32,000 nt of DNA from Geotalea uraniireducens Rf4. Lineage in GTDB: Bacteria; Desulfobacterota; Desulfuromonadia; Geobacterales; Geobacteraceae. Below are positions 1 through 9,202 of the stretch, piece by piece. The position numbers and the translations under genes are program-made. The notes beneath the pieces were generated by a model that saw only the letters and a list, made by a program, of their open reading frames with translations, was not told where the DNA came from and searched no databases. The DNA lies in assembly GCF_000016745.1 (NCBI RefSeq), contig NC_009483.1, positions 1,500,001-1,532,000 on the forward strand, given 5' to 3'. Within the stretch, counting starts at the first letter, position 1, and every line of letters starts with the position of its first letter.

Positions 1-329
1 TCGCTGCCCGGAGCCGGGAGCTGATCGAACGGGCGCGCGGCGGGACCATAGCCGAGGCGGACATAAGCGGTGGCACCTTCTCCGTTTCCAACCTGGGGAT
101 GTTCGGCGTGGAGGAATTTTCGGCGATCATCCACCCGCCGCAGGGGGCGATCCTGGCTGTCGGGGCGGTACAGGACGAGGCTGTGGTCAAGGGTGGGCAG
201 GTAGTTGCGGCCAGGGTCATGCGGGCCACCCTTTCCGCCGACCACCGCCTCATAGACGGTGCCTATGCGGCGCGGTTCATGGCTGAACTGAAGAGGGTGC
301 TGGAAAACCCGGTGGCGATGCTGGTTTGA
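1..329 (+). CDS. C-terminal end of a dihydrolipoamide acyltransferase (E2) of a 2-oxoacid dehydrogenase complex; 5' end lies outside the window
   Basis: Frame 3 is open from position 3. It reads GGTFSVSNLGMFG...DHRLIDGAYAARFMAELKRVLENP, which contains the E2 catalytic-domain DHRxxDG motif. Stop codon at 327-329. Confidence 0.85.
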   Translation, partial: AARSRELIERARGGTIAEADISGGTFSVSNLGMFGVEEFSAIIHPPQGAILAVGAVQDEAVVKGGQVVAARVMRATLSADHRLIDGAYAARFMAELKRVLENPVAMLV

Positions 330-348
330 AGATCCAAAGAGAGTTTTG

Positions 349-540
349 CCACGGAGACACAGAGGCACGGAGAACACCTTAAAAACCGATGGGACGCAGA
401 AAAGGCGGAAAAAACAGAAAAAACGGATTTTAAAACCTTAAAAGACTTTTGGGGTTCCGGTTTAATCCGCCTTTATCCCCCTTTTCCGATTGTTCTGCGT
501 CCCTAAAAAGGTTTTGCCTTTCTCTGGTCTCCGTGGTGAA
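349..540. repeat. ~190-bp imperfect long palindrome in the E2-lipB intergenic region
   Basis: Arms pair colinearly: CCACGGAGACACAGAG (349-364) with CTCTGGTCTCCGTGG (522-536), GGGACGCAGAA (391-401) with TTCTGCGTCCC (493-503), and AAAGGCGGA (401-409) with TCCGCCTTT (466-474). The left arm is built of 8-9-nt CACNGAGN units. Confidence 0.6.
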
Positions 541-558
541 TTGGTGAGATTTCTATTT

Positions 559-1203
559 ATGAACATCATCGATCTTGGCCTGATAGATTTTGACGAAGCC
601 TACAGCATCCAGGAGCGGCTGGCGGCGGAGGTTTTTGCCGGTTCCGGGGCGGAGACGCTCCTTCTCCTGGAACACCCCCCTGTCTACACCATCGGCAGCG
701 GCGGGGACGAGGGGAACATCCTCGATACGGCGATCGAGGTGCGGCGCATCAATCGGGGAGGGGACGTCACCTACCATGGGCCGGGGCAGCTGGTGGGGTA
801 TCCGGTGATAGATCTCGCACGGCGCGGCTGCGATCTGCACCGATACCTCCGTTTCATAGAGGAACTGCTTATGCTTGTCGTTGCCGATTTCCGGGTGGCT
901 GCTTTCCGCTCGCCGGGACGCACCGGGGTCTGGACCGATCAGGGGAAGCTCGCTTCGATCGGCGTCGGCGTGCGGCGCTGGGTGACCATGCACGGTTTTG
1001 CCCTGAACGTGACGACGGACCTCACCCCATTTACCCGCATCAACCCCTGCGGCATGGCGGGCTGTCCGGTTACGTCCCTTGAGGCGGAAGTTGGCGGCAA
1101 CGTGAAAATGATCGAGGTGAAGGCGCGGGTCGGTGCCAGGTTTGAAGGGTTTTTGGATGAATTCATGCCGTTGCGGGACAGCGAAAAAGACCGGGGTTTC
1201 TGA
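559..1203 (+). CDS. lipB: Octanoyltransferase (lipoyl(octanoyl) transferase)
   Basis: Contains RGGDVTYHGPGQLVGYPV and NPCG motifs. The ATG at 559 (MNIIDLGL...) matches the usual LipB N-terminus. The TTG at 490 in the ORF track lies inside the palindrome and is unlikely to be the start. Confidence 0.9.
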   Translation: MNIIDLGLIDFDEAYSIQERLAAEVFAGSGAETLLLLEHPPVYTIGSGGDEGNILDTAIEVRRINRGGDVTYHGPGQLVGYPVIDLARRGCDLHRYLRFIEELLMLVVADFRVAAFRSPGRTGVWTDQGKLASIGVGVRRWVTMHGFALNVTTDLTPFTRINPCGMAGCPVTSLEAEVGGNVKMIEVKARVGARFEGFLDEFMPLRDSEKDRGF

Positions 1204-1263
1204 AACCCCGGAAGCCTCGCCCTGCGCAGGCAACAATGCAATGTACATCTAAAGGAGGTTCAC

Positions 1264-3681
1264 GTGGATACAAACGATCTAAAGTTACCAGTGGAAAAAC
1301 TCAGATGGGAATGCGATCAGAATCAGTTCGATTTCAACACCACCGAGGATATCCCCGAGCTGGAAGGGTCCATCGGACAGGTGCGGGCGCTCAAATCGAT
1401 AGATTTCGGCCTGGGGATGCAGGAAGACGGCTTCAACCTCTTCCTGTCGGGTGAACCCGGCACGGGGCGCAGTTCCACCATCAAGAATCTGCTGAAAAAA
1501 CGGGCCAGAAATGAGCCTCCGCCCCAGGATTGGTGCTATGTTTACGACTTCAAGGCCCCGGACAATCCGCTCTCGCTTTCCCTGCCTGCCGGCAAGGGGG
1601 GGGAACTGGCCGACGACATGAACGATTTCCTCGAAGGTGTCAAGATCAATATCCCCAAGGCGCTGGAGAGCAAGGAGTACGAAACCAACAAGGTCGCCAT
1701 CATCGAGGATTACCAGGAGAAAAACGGCGAGCTTTTCGCAAGGCTCGAACAGGAGGCGGGGGAAAGGGCTTTTTCCTTGCAGCGGACCGTTTCCGGTCTG
1801 GTGATGGTGCCGCAGAAGGAGGGGCGCAACTACACCCAGGAAGAGTACGATGCCCTCACTAAAAATGAGCGGGACAAGCTGGACGAGGTGGGGAAGGAGC
1901 TGACGGAAAAACTCAACGATGTGCTCAGGCAGGTGCGGGATAATGAGAAGGCAACCAAGGATGCCTTGGCCCAGCTCGACCGTGAGTTGGGTCTGTCCGC
2001 GGTGGGGCACAACATGGAACCGCTCAAGGAAAAATACGCGGAATTCGCCAAGGTGAAAGGATATCTGGAGTCGGTGCAGGAGGACATTATCCTCAATCTG
2101 GAAGATTTCAAGCCGCAAGCCGCTGCTCCCCAGATCGCCGGGATCAGGTTTCCGCGCCAGGAACCGTCGTTCGAACGTTATGCCGTCAACGTCTTTGTCG
2201 ACAACAAGGGGCTAGAAGGGGCGCCGATAATATTCGAGGCCAATCCCACCTACAACAACCTTTTCGGCCGGATCGAGCACATCATGCAGATGGGGGGGGC
2301 CGCCACCACCGATTTTACCCTCATCAAGCCGGGGGCGCTGCACCGGGCCAACGGCGGGTATCTCATCGTCGACGCCCGTGAAGTGCTGATCAATCCCTTT
2401 GCCTGGGACGCCCTGAAACGCTGTATAAGAAACGGCGAGATACGGATCGAGGACGTGCTGGAACAGTACCGCTTCATGACGGTGGTCTCCCTCAAGCCGG
2501 AGCCGGTACCGCTTCAGGCGAAGATCATCATGATCGGCTCCCCGTGGATCTACTACCTCCTTTATTACATGGAGCCGGACTACCGGAAGTTTTTCAAGGT
2601 GAAGGCGGACTTTGACAGCCGTGTGGCGAGAACGCCCGAGATCATGAAGGATTACGCCCTCTTTGTTTCCACCCACTGCAGGAACGAAAAGCTCCTCCCC
2701 TTTGACCGGAGCGGCGTGGCAGGCCTGCTTGAGTATTCGGCGCGCCTGGTTGAAGACCAGGAAAAGCTCTCTTCCCAGTTCATGGAGATATCCGATCTGA
2801 TTCGGGAAGCCGATTACTGGGCGCAAAAGGAGAACAGCCCGCTCGTTACCAAGGATTTCGTCAAACGCGCCGTCGAGGAGAAGGTTTACCGGAGCAACCG
2901 GATCGAGGAGCGGATGCAGGAGATGTTCGATGAAGGAACCATCCTCGTGGATACCGCCAACGTGGAGGTGGGACAGATCAACGGCCTGTCGGTCATCACC
3001 CTCGGCGATTACACCTTCGGCAGGCCTTCGCGGGTAACCGCCAGGGTTTACATGGGGCGTGGCGGCATGGTCAATATCGAGCGGGAGGTAAAGCTCTCCG
3101 GTCCGATCCACGACAAGGGTGTGCTGATCCTGACCGGTTACCTGGGGGGGAAATACGCCCATGACAAGCCGCTTTCCTTCTCCGCTTCGATCTGTTTCGA
3201 GCAGTCCTACGAAGGGGTCGAGGGGGACAGCGCCTCTTCAACCGAGCTCTATGCCCTCTTGTCCGCCCTTTCCGGTGTGCCGCTCAGACAGGGAATAGCC
3301 GTTACCGGCAGCGTTAACCAGTTGGGCAAGGTGCAGCCCATCGGCGGGGTGAATTACAAGATCGAGGGGTTCTATGCGGTCTGCAAGGCAAAGGGGCTGA
3401 CCGGCGAGCAGGGGGTTATCATCCCGAAAACCAACGAACGGCACCTGATGCTCAAGGACGAGGTGGTCGCAGCGGTGAGAGACGGAAAGTTCCACATCTG
3501 GAGCGTGGAAACCATCGAACAGGGGATCGAGGTCCTTACCGGCGTCCCGGCCGGGATACAGCTACCCGACGGCGCCTATCCTGCGGGGACCATTAATTAT
3601 CTCGTGGACAAGCGCCTGCGGGAGATACTGGAAAGCAGGAAGAAGTTCTCGGCAACGGCGGAAAAGGAGGAAACGAAGTAG
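1264..3681 (+). CDS. Lon-like protease with an AAA-like domain, a coiled-coil insertion and a C-terminal S16 Ser-Lys protease domain (LonC/LonB-related)
   Basis: GTG start sits 5 nt after AAAGGAGG. P-loop-like GEPGTGRSS, GGYLIVDA, and a C-terminal EGDSASSTE...GGVNYKIEG matching the Lon protease serine and lysine regions. Confidence 0.8.
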   Translation: MDTNDLKLPVEKLRWECDQNQFDFNTTEDIPELEGSIGQVRALKSIDFGLGMQEDGFNLFLSGEPGTGRSSTIKNLLKKRARNEPPPQDWCYVYDFKAPDNPLSLSLPAGKGGELADDMNDFLEGVKINIPKALESKEYETNKVAIIEDYQEKNGELFARLEQEAGERAFSLQRTVSGLVMVPQKEGRNYTQEEYDALTKNERDKLDEVGKELTEKLNDVLRQVRDNEKATKDALAQLDRELGLSAVGHNMEPLKEKYAEFAKVKGYLESVQEDIILNLEDFKPQAAAPQIAGIRFPRQEPSFERYAVNVFVDNKGLEGAPIIFEANPTYNNLFGRIEHIMQMGGAATTDFTLIKPGALHRANGGYLIVDAREVLINPFAWDALKRCIRNGEIRIEDVLEQYRFMTVVSLKPEPVPLQAKIIMIGSPWIYYLLYYMEPDYRKFFKVKADFDSRVARTPEIMKDYALFVSTHCRNEKLLPFDRSGVAGLLEYSARLVEDQEKLSSQFMEISDLIREADYWAQKENSPLVTKDFVKRAVEEKVYRSNRIEERMQEMFDEGTILVDTANVEVGQINGLSVITLGDYTFGRPSRVTARVYMGRGGMVNIEREVKLSGPIHDKGVLILTGYLGGKYAHDKPLSFSASICFEQSYEGVEGDSASSTELYALLSALSGVPLRQGIAVTGSVNQLGKVQPIGGVNYKIEGFYAVCKAKGLTGEQGVIIPKTNERHLMLKDEVVAAVRDGKFHIWSVETIEQGIEVLTGVPAGIQLPDGAYPAGTINYLVDKRLREILESRKKFSATAEKEETK

Positions 3682-3696
3682 TTTTTGAATAAGCCT

Positions 3697-3830
3697 AAAA
3701 CGGCAATTATCCACGAAAAACACGAAAGACACGAAATAAAACAACAAGATATGAAAGACTGCCGATTCACCTCAATGGTGATGTGTCGATCTGATTAGCA
3801 TTTTGATTTTGTTGATGATTTTCGTGTATT
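3697..3830 (+). repeat. Copy 1 (degenerate) of the CACGAA-arm palindromic repeat element
   Basis: AAAACGGCAATTATCCACGAAAAACACGAAAGACACGAAATAAA parallels 21816-21860. It has a central TCACC-N4-GGTGA hairpin and an inverted TTTTCGTGTAT arm at 3818-3829. Confidence 0.6.
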
Positions 3831-4009
3831 TAGAATTATTGATTTGAACGACGCACTGGCTCTGTGAAAACTTTCAGCGTATCCACAGATTCATTTTCAT
3901 TCTTTCTTATGGAAGATCGCTATCAAAGCGACACAGAGCCAGCTGAACCACGTTAAAAACACAAATATTCCCATAAAATTATCATGCCCAAAAAACCTGT
4001 GGTCGTTTT

Positions 4010-4642
4010 TTAAAACTGGCTCGCAACGCCGCGGGCTTTTTCAACTGCGGCGCCCTTAAATGACTCCGCACGATCCGGTATGGCATCAACCCCCTCAACC
4101 ACAATCGACTCGAAATCCTCGATTCCCATAAACCCCATGATCGACTTGAGGTACGGCACGGAATGGTCCTCTTCCTTGCCAAAGTGGAAACCGCCGGAAG
4201 AGTGAATATGGAGACACTTCCTCCCCTGGTCTTTAAGAAGCCCCACAGGGCCGGTGGGGGTGTACGCGAAGGTCTTGCCAACCACGCAGACCGCGTCGAT
4301 GTACATTTTCAATTCTGCCGGAAACCCCAGGTTAAACATCGGGGTCACGAACACGTATTTGTCGGCGGCTATGAATTGATCGGCGTGCTTCCAGATGTGG
4401 CCGACCTTGCGTTGCTCGTCGGTCGTGAGTGACGCGAAGCTTTCGCCATTGCGCATCTTTCCCCAGCCGCTCAGCACATCGGCATCGATCCGTTGGATGT
4501 TGTCGCGGTAAAGATCGAGAAAATACACCTCGTCGGCAGGGTTCTGTCTGAGGTATTCATCCAGGAATTTCTTCCCGACCGAAAGGCTGCAAGAAAATTC
4601 GGTGGGTTTAAGGTTGCAGGTAACATAAAGTAGCTTTGCCAT
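4010..4642 (-). CDS. azoR: FMN-dependent NADH-azoreductase / quinone reductase
   Basis: 210 aa. [13 protein letters not shown]..., [19 protein letters not shown] and HSSGG are typical of the AzoR/AcpD flavodoxin-like fold. Confidence 0.8.
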   Translation of the reverse strand: MAKLLYVTCNLKPTEFSCSLSVGKKFLDEYLRQNPADEVYFLDLYRDNIQRIDADVLSGWGKMRNGESFASLTTDEQRKVGHIWKHADQFIAADKYVFVTPMFNLGFPAELKMYIDAVCVVGKTFAYTPTGPVGLLKDQGRKCLHIHSSGGFHFGKEEDHSVPYLKSIMGFMGIEDFESIVVEGVDAIPDRAESFKGAAVEKARGVASQF

Positions 4643-4701
4643 GATGTTCTCCTTTACAATGAAATGTTTTAACGACTGCTCTCGTCTAAAAATTATCTGG
4701 A

Positions 4702-4905
4702 TTACGCTGCATTCTTCTCTTTGTTGATATGAACCATCACTCCGATGAATCCTCCCATGAAGCCACTAATCAAACCGCTCATTCCGTTACCAAGAGCATT
4801 TATGGTGATATTCTGCGGTAACGCGAATATGAAGTAATTGAGTAGAAAGCTCATCAGGAAACCCATAAATCCACCCATCATTCCATTTATAAGTGCGCTT
4901 TTCAT
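4702..4905 (-). CDS. Small two-helix membrane protein with duplicated glycine-zipper motif
   Basis: 67 aa. [13 protein letters not shown] and [15 protein letters not shown] form two hydrophobic segments. It lies in line with the flanking minus-strand genes. AT-richer than its neighbours. Confidence 0.5.
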   Translation of the reverse strand: MKSALINGMMGGFMGFLMSFLLNYFIFALPQNITINALGNGMSGLISGFMGGFIGVMVHINKEKNAA

Positions 4906-4959
4906 GCCGTTAGCTCTCCCCTCACTTTTGCGATCTATGCCTGTTGTGCTGTCAGGTTC

Positions 4960-5937
4960 TTAAAATACCTTGGAAAGCCGAAAAACCACTTTGGTTCCTT
5001 CCGGACGATTTTCCGCTCCAGTCTCAAAGTAGCTGTTGAGATAGAGCGATAACCCGTTGCCGCTCCACTTGATGCCCGGTCCGATGCCAAAAACTCGTTC
5101 ATCCGAATTGGCCTGGCTGCGGCCATCCACCTTGTCCTCGGTGAGTTGCTGAAGTGCATATCCGTTAATCCCGAGTCGCACCCCTTTGACGACCTCGTAC
5201 GAAGCGGCATAGTTGGCGTGAAAAGCCTGGCCCGGCTGAATCGTTCCTGCCCCCAATCCCACAAATGGTTCATCGTTCTCCGAGTTCCAGAGGTAGTGGA
5301 GCCGCGCACTCATCTCCAGCCTGTCAGTCGGCATGATCGTGAATGCGTAGTAGGGATTGATGCTGACCGTGTTGCTACCGATATTCACCGGTCGGTTGCG
5401 GTCGTATGCTCCTGTTGGCAGCGTGATGTCGAACACAAAGCGGTGAAAGTACGGCATGCCGAAGAGCTTGTGGTCGGTCCACTGAAGAATAAAGGGACTA
5501 ATTATCAGGTCCCCGACGCCTTGTTCACTGCCTTTGGGGCCAAAACTGGTATCCACATCTACATCCACAAGAGGCAGAAGAATTTCGGCACCGTAGAAGC
5601 CGCCGAGGAGGCGGAAATTGGATATATAGGCAACATGCGTGGTGGCACTCACGGCGGTGAGTTTGTTGGAACCAGAAATCTGCTCCCCCTGGCTGTTGTT
5701 AAACTGTCCGGCATGGTAATAATCGAAGGTTTCTTCCACTAGCCACCCTGGGAAGGCAATGCCGTCCTGAAAGGAGGTCTCCCCGAGATTTACCGGCGGG
5801 AGTGGGATATCGGCGGCCGACGAAACCCCGGCGCAAACAAGCAGCCCAATCACGACTAGAATGGCAAGAGTCTTCCTGCCGAACAAACCTTGCTTGTCTT
5901 TCCTGTACAACATTTTCCCTGTCTTACCGTATTTCAT
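4960..5937 (-). CDS. Outer-membrane beta-barrel channel, MetA-pathway-of-phenol-degradation-like family
   Basis: Signal peptide ...LLVCAGVSSAADIP, alternating beta-strand pattern and a C-terminal ...FRLSKVF ending in Phe. GAAAGG RBS upstream of the start. Confidence 0.6.
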   Translation of the reverse strand: MKYGKTGKMLYRKDKQGLFGRKTLAILVVIGLLVCAGVSSAADIPLPPVNLGETSFQDGIAFPGWLVEETFDYYHAGQFNNSQGEQISGSNKLTAVSATTHVAYISNFRLLGGFYGAEILLPLVDVDVDTSFGPKGSEQGVGDLIISPFILQWTDHKLFGMPYFHRFVFDITLPTGAYDRNRPVNIGSNTVSINPYYAFTIMPTDRLEMSARLHYLWNSENDEPFVGLGAGTIQPGQAFHANYAASYEVVKGVRLGINGYALQQLTEDKVDGRSQANSDERVFGIGPGIKWSGNGLSLYLNSYFETGAENRPEGTKVVFRLSKVF

Positions 5938-6009
5938 AAGTACCTTTCTTGTTTTGGGAGCCGCCCTTGATTATGAGCGCGACCCTGTGTAATTCATCAC
6001 TGTTCAAAT

Positions 6010-6921
6010 CTATATCGCGCACATGCCCGTTGCAGGGTCGCAGACCATGGAACTGGTTTTAGGTGAAATAAAGTACCCGTTTCCCGCTTCGTGTCGTGTA
6101 ATCAGTTGCTTAGTCAAAAGTGAGTCAACCGCTGACTTCATTTCTTCATCCGTCAGATCGAATGCCATTTGAACTTCAATCGGTGCCACGGAAACATAGG
6201 TTCTTATAAACGCCATGATCGCCTCTTCACTGGCCGGAACCAGGCGTTCGTGGATTGCTCCGTTTGTCAAATATTCCATCACTGCCTTGAACTCTTCATA
6301 TCTCTTGTATCCACGAAGGATGGTCTCCTTCTCACCAAATCGTACGAGGAAAGTGGGATAACCATGGGCTTGATATCGTGCCGTTAGCGCAAGATCCTGC
6401 TCGAATGCCTTTTGGGCGGCGCCACGGGAAAAATCTTCCAGGAAACGGGCAACATCCAGGCCGACTTCTGCTGCCAATTCCACGAGCACTTCGGTAGTAT
6501 TCGTCAACTTCGCCTCGGCAGCTGACGCTTCACGAATACGTCTGAGATACCTGTTTGCCAGCACTTGATCCTGTATCTGTGCGGCTTTATAGGCAATGTT
6601 TTGCGGGTACGTGGACGGGTATTCTTGGGAAAACAGCTTGAATCCTTCGCTTTGTACCGGCATTCCATGGCGTTCGGAGGCTTCCAGCCAATGCTTGGCA
6701 ATGTTTGCATTGGAGCGGGCCGGGTCTCCTCCGATGTCATTGTATCCGTCGTAAAATGACGTGATATCCTTTACCAATCCTGCCATGACAAAACTGATTT
6801 TTACTTGTTCACCAAATCTGGTTTCCAGCTTACGCAGAACTGGTTCGCTGCCCCAGCACCAGGTGCAAACCGGGTCAGTAAATTCGATGATTTCGACAAC
6901 GTTGTTCATGGTTGTAGTCAT
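6010..6921 (-). CDS. DsbA-family thioredoxin-fold protein with a C-terminal extension
   Basis: FTDPVCTWCWGSEP contains a CxxC motif in a DsbA-like N-terminal context. 303 aa. Confidence 0.7.
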   Translation of the reverse strand: MTTTMNNVVEIIEFTDPVCTWCWGSEPVLRKLETRFGEQVKISFVMAGLVKDITSFYDGYNDIGGDPARSNANIAKHWLEASERHGMPVQSEGFKLFSQEYPSTYPQNIAYKAAQIQDQVLANRYLRRIREASAAEAKLTNTTEVLVELAAEVGLDVARFLEDFSRGAAQKAFEQDLALTARYQAHGYPTFLVRFGEKETILRGYKRYEEFKAVMEYLTNGAIHERLVPASEEAIMAFIRTYVSVAPIEVQMAFDLTDEEMKSAVDSLLTKQLITRHEAGNGYFISPKTSSMVCDPATGMCAI

Positions 6922-7022
6922 GACTTCTCCCTTTTCTCATGAAACGGGGCGCCTTCAAACAGACGCCCCGTATATGCTGCTACCAGGTTTTCGCCAGTCC
7001 CGCTGTAGTTCTGTTGCTATGC

Positions 7023-7628
7023 TTAGCTGGACGCTTTGCCAAGGTGACTCAATACTTCCTCGAACAATATCTGGATCAGTTTGGAGCCCACTTCGTTTGT
7101 CCACGATCCCGCCAACTCGGCGATAAGTTGATTGGTCGACGTGAGGGTCACGCCCGCCCGTTCCATGCGCCGCAAGGCGGTTTCATCGGATATCTGGGTC
7201 GGTGAACCGCCGGCATCGACTACCACCTGCACGTTAAACCCTTCCTCCACCGCGCTCATCGCCGGATAAACGACACATACGTCGTTGGTGAGACCCGCCA
7301 TAATCAGGTTCTTCCGTCCGGTAGCCATAACGGCCGCCCTGTAGTTGGGATCGTCAAAGGCGTTCACTACGCCGGCGCGTTTCACCCGGCGTGCGTGCTC
7401 TTCCGGTGCGATCTCCTCCAGGTCTTTGATCAGAGGCCCCTGTGCCTGCTCTTCCATGCTGCTGGTGAGAATCAGGGGCATACCAAGCGCCTTCGCTGTG
7501 CGAGCCAGCGCACGGGTATTGTTCCTGATCAATTCCTGCGGGATGTTTTGGCACCAACCCAAGGTTCCAACCTGGTGATCAATGAGCAGCATGGCAGCGT
7601 TTGTTGCCGTGAATTTCTCGGTTTTCAT
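7023..7628 (-). CDS. Isochorismatase-family (cysteine hydrolase, YcaC-like) protein
   Basis: AAMLLIDHQVG..., LILTSS... and LIMAGLTNDVCVVYPA are typical of the isochorismatase fold. AAAGGAGAC RBS upstream. Confidence 0.8.
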   Translation of the reverse strand: MKTEKFTATNAAMLLIDHQVGTLGWCQNIPQELIRNNTRALARTAKALGMPLILTSSMEEQAQGPLIKDLEEIAPEEHARRVKRAGVVNAFDDPNYRAAVMATGRKNLIMAGLTNDVCVVYPAMSAVEEGFNVQVVVDAGGSPTQISDETALRRMERAGVTLTSTNQLIAELAGSWTNEVGSKLIQILFEEVLSHLGKASS

Positions 7629-7671
7629 GTTTGTCTCCTTTCTTTCGATCTTGTCTTCCTGATTTAATTAT

Positions 7672-7688
7672 AGCGACAACCGTGCCAA
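7672..7688 (-). promoter_or_regulatory. Sigma-54 (-24/-12) promoter upstream of the isochorismatase-family gene
   Basis: The minus strand reads TTGGCACGGTTGTCGCT against the consensus TGGCAC-N5-TTGCW. GG-N10-GC spacing is exact, with one mismatch in the -12 box. The element lies ~45 nt upstream of the ATG at 7628. Confidence 0.65.
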
Positions 7689-7723
7689 GTAAAAACATCA
7701 ATTAAATCAAGGTGTAATGTTTT

Positions 7724-7910
7724 ACAGATCAACCAAATTACTAAATACGGTAATCATTAATTGTTGAATTTGGTAAAACCTAGTAATTTGTTAAATATGA
7801 CAATAGATCTGCTGCAATCATTCGACTACCAGCGGGAGCATTTTCCCCTGGGGGGGGCTATGTTTTGCCGCAGATCAAAGCGGAAAAATCAGAACATTAT
7901 GGTGATTGAC
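7724..7910 (+). pseudogene. Decayed duplicate of the upstream region and first ~50 codons of the sigma-54 activator gene found at 11661-11950
   Basis: 7724-7815 aligns colinearly with 11661-11751. GCGGGAGCATTTTCCCCTGG (7832-7851) matches GCGGGAGCATTTCCCTATGG (11879-11898). Similarity is weaker out to ~7910. The start-codon region (~125 nt) is missing from this copy. Confidence 0.6.
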
Positions 7911-8026
7911 TTTAATGTGAGAATAGCGTACTAACTCTGCATAATCTTGGAGGATTTTGAATATTTGTTTTGATAATTTAATGAGGGCGACATGGTAGCC
8001 TGTTTATTGGCATTTGATAGATGAAG

Positions 8027-8075
8027 AAAAGCCGCTTTGATCAGTATTTTTGCTGATTGAGCGGCTTTTATTTTA
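8027..8075 (+). terminator. Orphan intrinsic terminator hairpin (T-runs on both strands)
   Basis: AAAAGCCGCTTTGATCAG...CTGATTGAGCGGCTTTT is followed by ATTTT. No intact gene ends here. Confidence 0.55.
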
Positions 8076-8109
8076 GGTTTAGCGAACACAAACAAGAGGT
8101 TCAATTGCT

Positions 8110-8946
8110 ATGAAAAACAAGCTGGCGATTTTCGAAGATTATAAAATTCGCAGAGCATATGACGATGAAACTGAAACTTGGTATTTCTCGGTGGTTGATA
8201 TCATCCAGGCATTGCTGCAACAACCGGATTATCAAACAGCTCGGAAGTATTGGAATAAGCTGAAAGAGCGCATGAGCAAGGAAGGGAGTGAGTCGGTGAC
8301 AAATTGTCACCGACTGAAACTGGAAGCGGCTGACGGGAAGAAGTACCTGACTGATGTCGCCAGCCCGGAAACCCTGCTGCGCCTGATTCAATCGGTTCCC
8401 AGTCCCAAGGCCGAACCGATCAAGCTCTGGCTGGCCAAAGTCGGCTATGAGCGGATGCAGGATATGGCCGATCCGGCGCGGTCACTGGACCGGGCAAGGG
8501 AGTACTGGCAACAGCACGGCAGGAGCGAAAAGTGGATCCAGCAGCGGATGATGGGACAGGAGACCCGCAACAAGCTGACCGATTACTGGAAAGATCACGA
8601 CATCAAAAAAGAGACCGAGTTTGCCATCCTGACCAACATCATTCATCAGGAGTGGGCCGGAGTTGCCGTCAAGGAGCACAAGAAGCTGAAAGGGCTGAAA
8701 ACCCAGAACCTGCGTGACCATATGAGCGAAGCGGAACTGATCTTTACCGCCCTGGCCGAACTCTCCACCCGCCAGATTGCCGAGACGATGGCAGCAACCG
8801 GCATGCCTGAAAACAAGGTGGCAGGGAAGAAGGGGGGCGGCATTGCCCGGAAGGCGCGGATTGATCTTGAGGAGAAGACCGGCAGAAGCGTGGTGACCGG
8901 GGAGAATTTTCTGCCGCCGGGGCGAAAGAAGATTTCGGATAAATGA
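8110..8946 (+). CDS. Bro-N domain protein, DinD (DNA-damage-inducible protein D)-like
   Basis: The N-terminal FEDYKIRRAYDDETETWYFSVVDIIQAL is Bro-N like. The C-terminal half (LKGLKTQNLRDHMSEAELIFTALAE...) resembles DinD architecture. The upstream region is AT-rich. Confidence 0.65.
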   Translation: MKNKLAIFEDYKIRRAYDDETETWYFSVVDIIQALLQQPDYQTARKYWNKLKERMSKEGSESVTNCHRLKLEAADGKKYLTDVASPETLLRLIQSVPSPKAEPIKLWLAKVGYERMQDMADPARSLDRAREYWQQHGRSEKWIQQRMMGQETRNKLTDYWKDHDIKKETEFAILTNIIHQEWAGVAVKEHKKLKGLKTQNLRDHMSEAELIFTALAELSTRQIAETMAATGMPENKVAGKKGGGIARKARIDLEEKTGRSVVTGENFLPPGRKKISDK

Positions 8947-9049
8947 AGTGAGCGGGATTGTCAAATGTGTAGCTCCGGTACGGTTGAGCTGTTGACTTTT
9001 TTGTGTGCTTTTTAATACTGTTGCGGCGGGTGCTAACGTGATCTTTTCT

Positions 9050-9202
9050 TTCTTCGACAAATCCATCAACGAATGTAACGTGGCCGGCACCACCGGCAGC
9101 GGCTTCGGTCTCAGCGGGGAAGGGTATTTCCGGTTGTCGGCCTTCGGCCATCGTGAGAATTTGATTGAGGCGGTGGAGAGGATACCAAGGAGTCATGTAT
9201 GA
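9050..9202 (+). pseudogene. 3'-terminal fragment (~50 codons) of a class I aminotransferase gene, LL-diaminopimelate aminotransferase-like; its end is replaced at the cassette junction
   Basis: Reads [45 protein letters not shown], then a non-native tail PRSHV*. No upstream aminotransferase body exists; there is a stop at 8993-8995 in frame. Confidence 0.7.
9113..9184 (+). repeat. 72-bp direct repeat, left copy
   Basis: Matches 9981-10052 at 71 of 72 positions. The single mismatch is at 9161 vs 10029. Confidence 0.95.

Noticed and set aside
380-420. GGGACGCAGAAAAGG resembles part of a GEMM-I (cyclic-di-GMP/cGAMP) riboswitch
   Set aside because: The upstream ACGCACAGGGCAAA-type hairpin and the second conserved stem are absent. 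The segment is better explained as one arm of the 349-540 palindrome.
1264-3681. Lon-like protease considered as BrxL of a BREX defence system
   Set aside because: No methyltransferase, PglZ or other BREX genes are nearby. The neighbours are housekeeping genes (E2, lipB).
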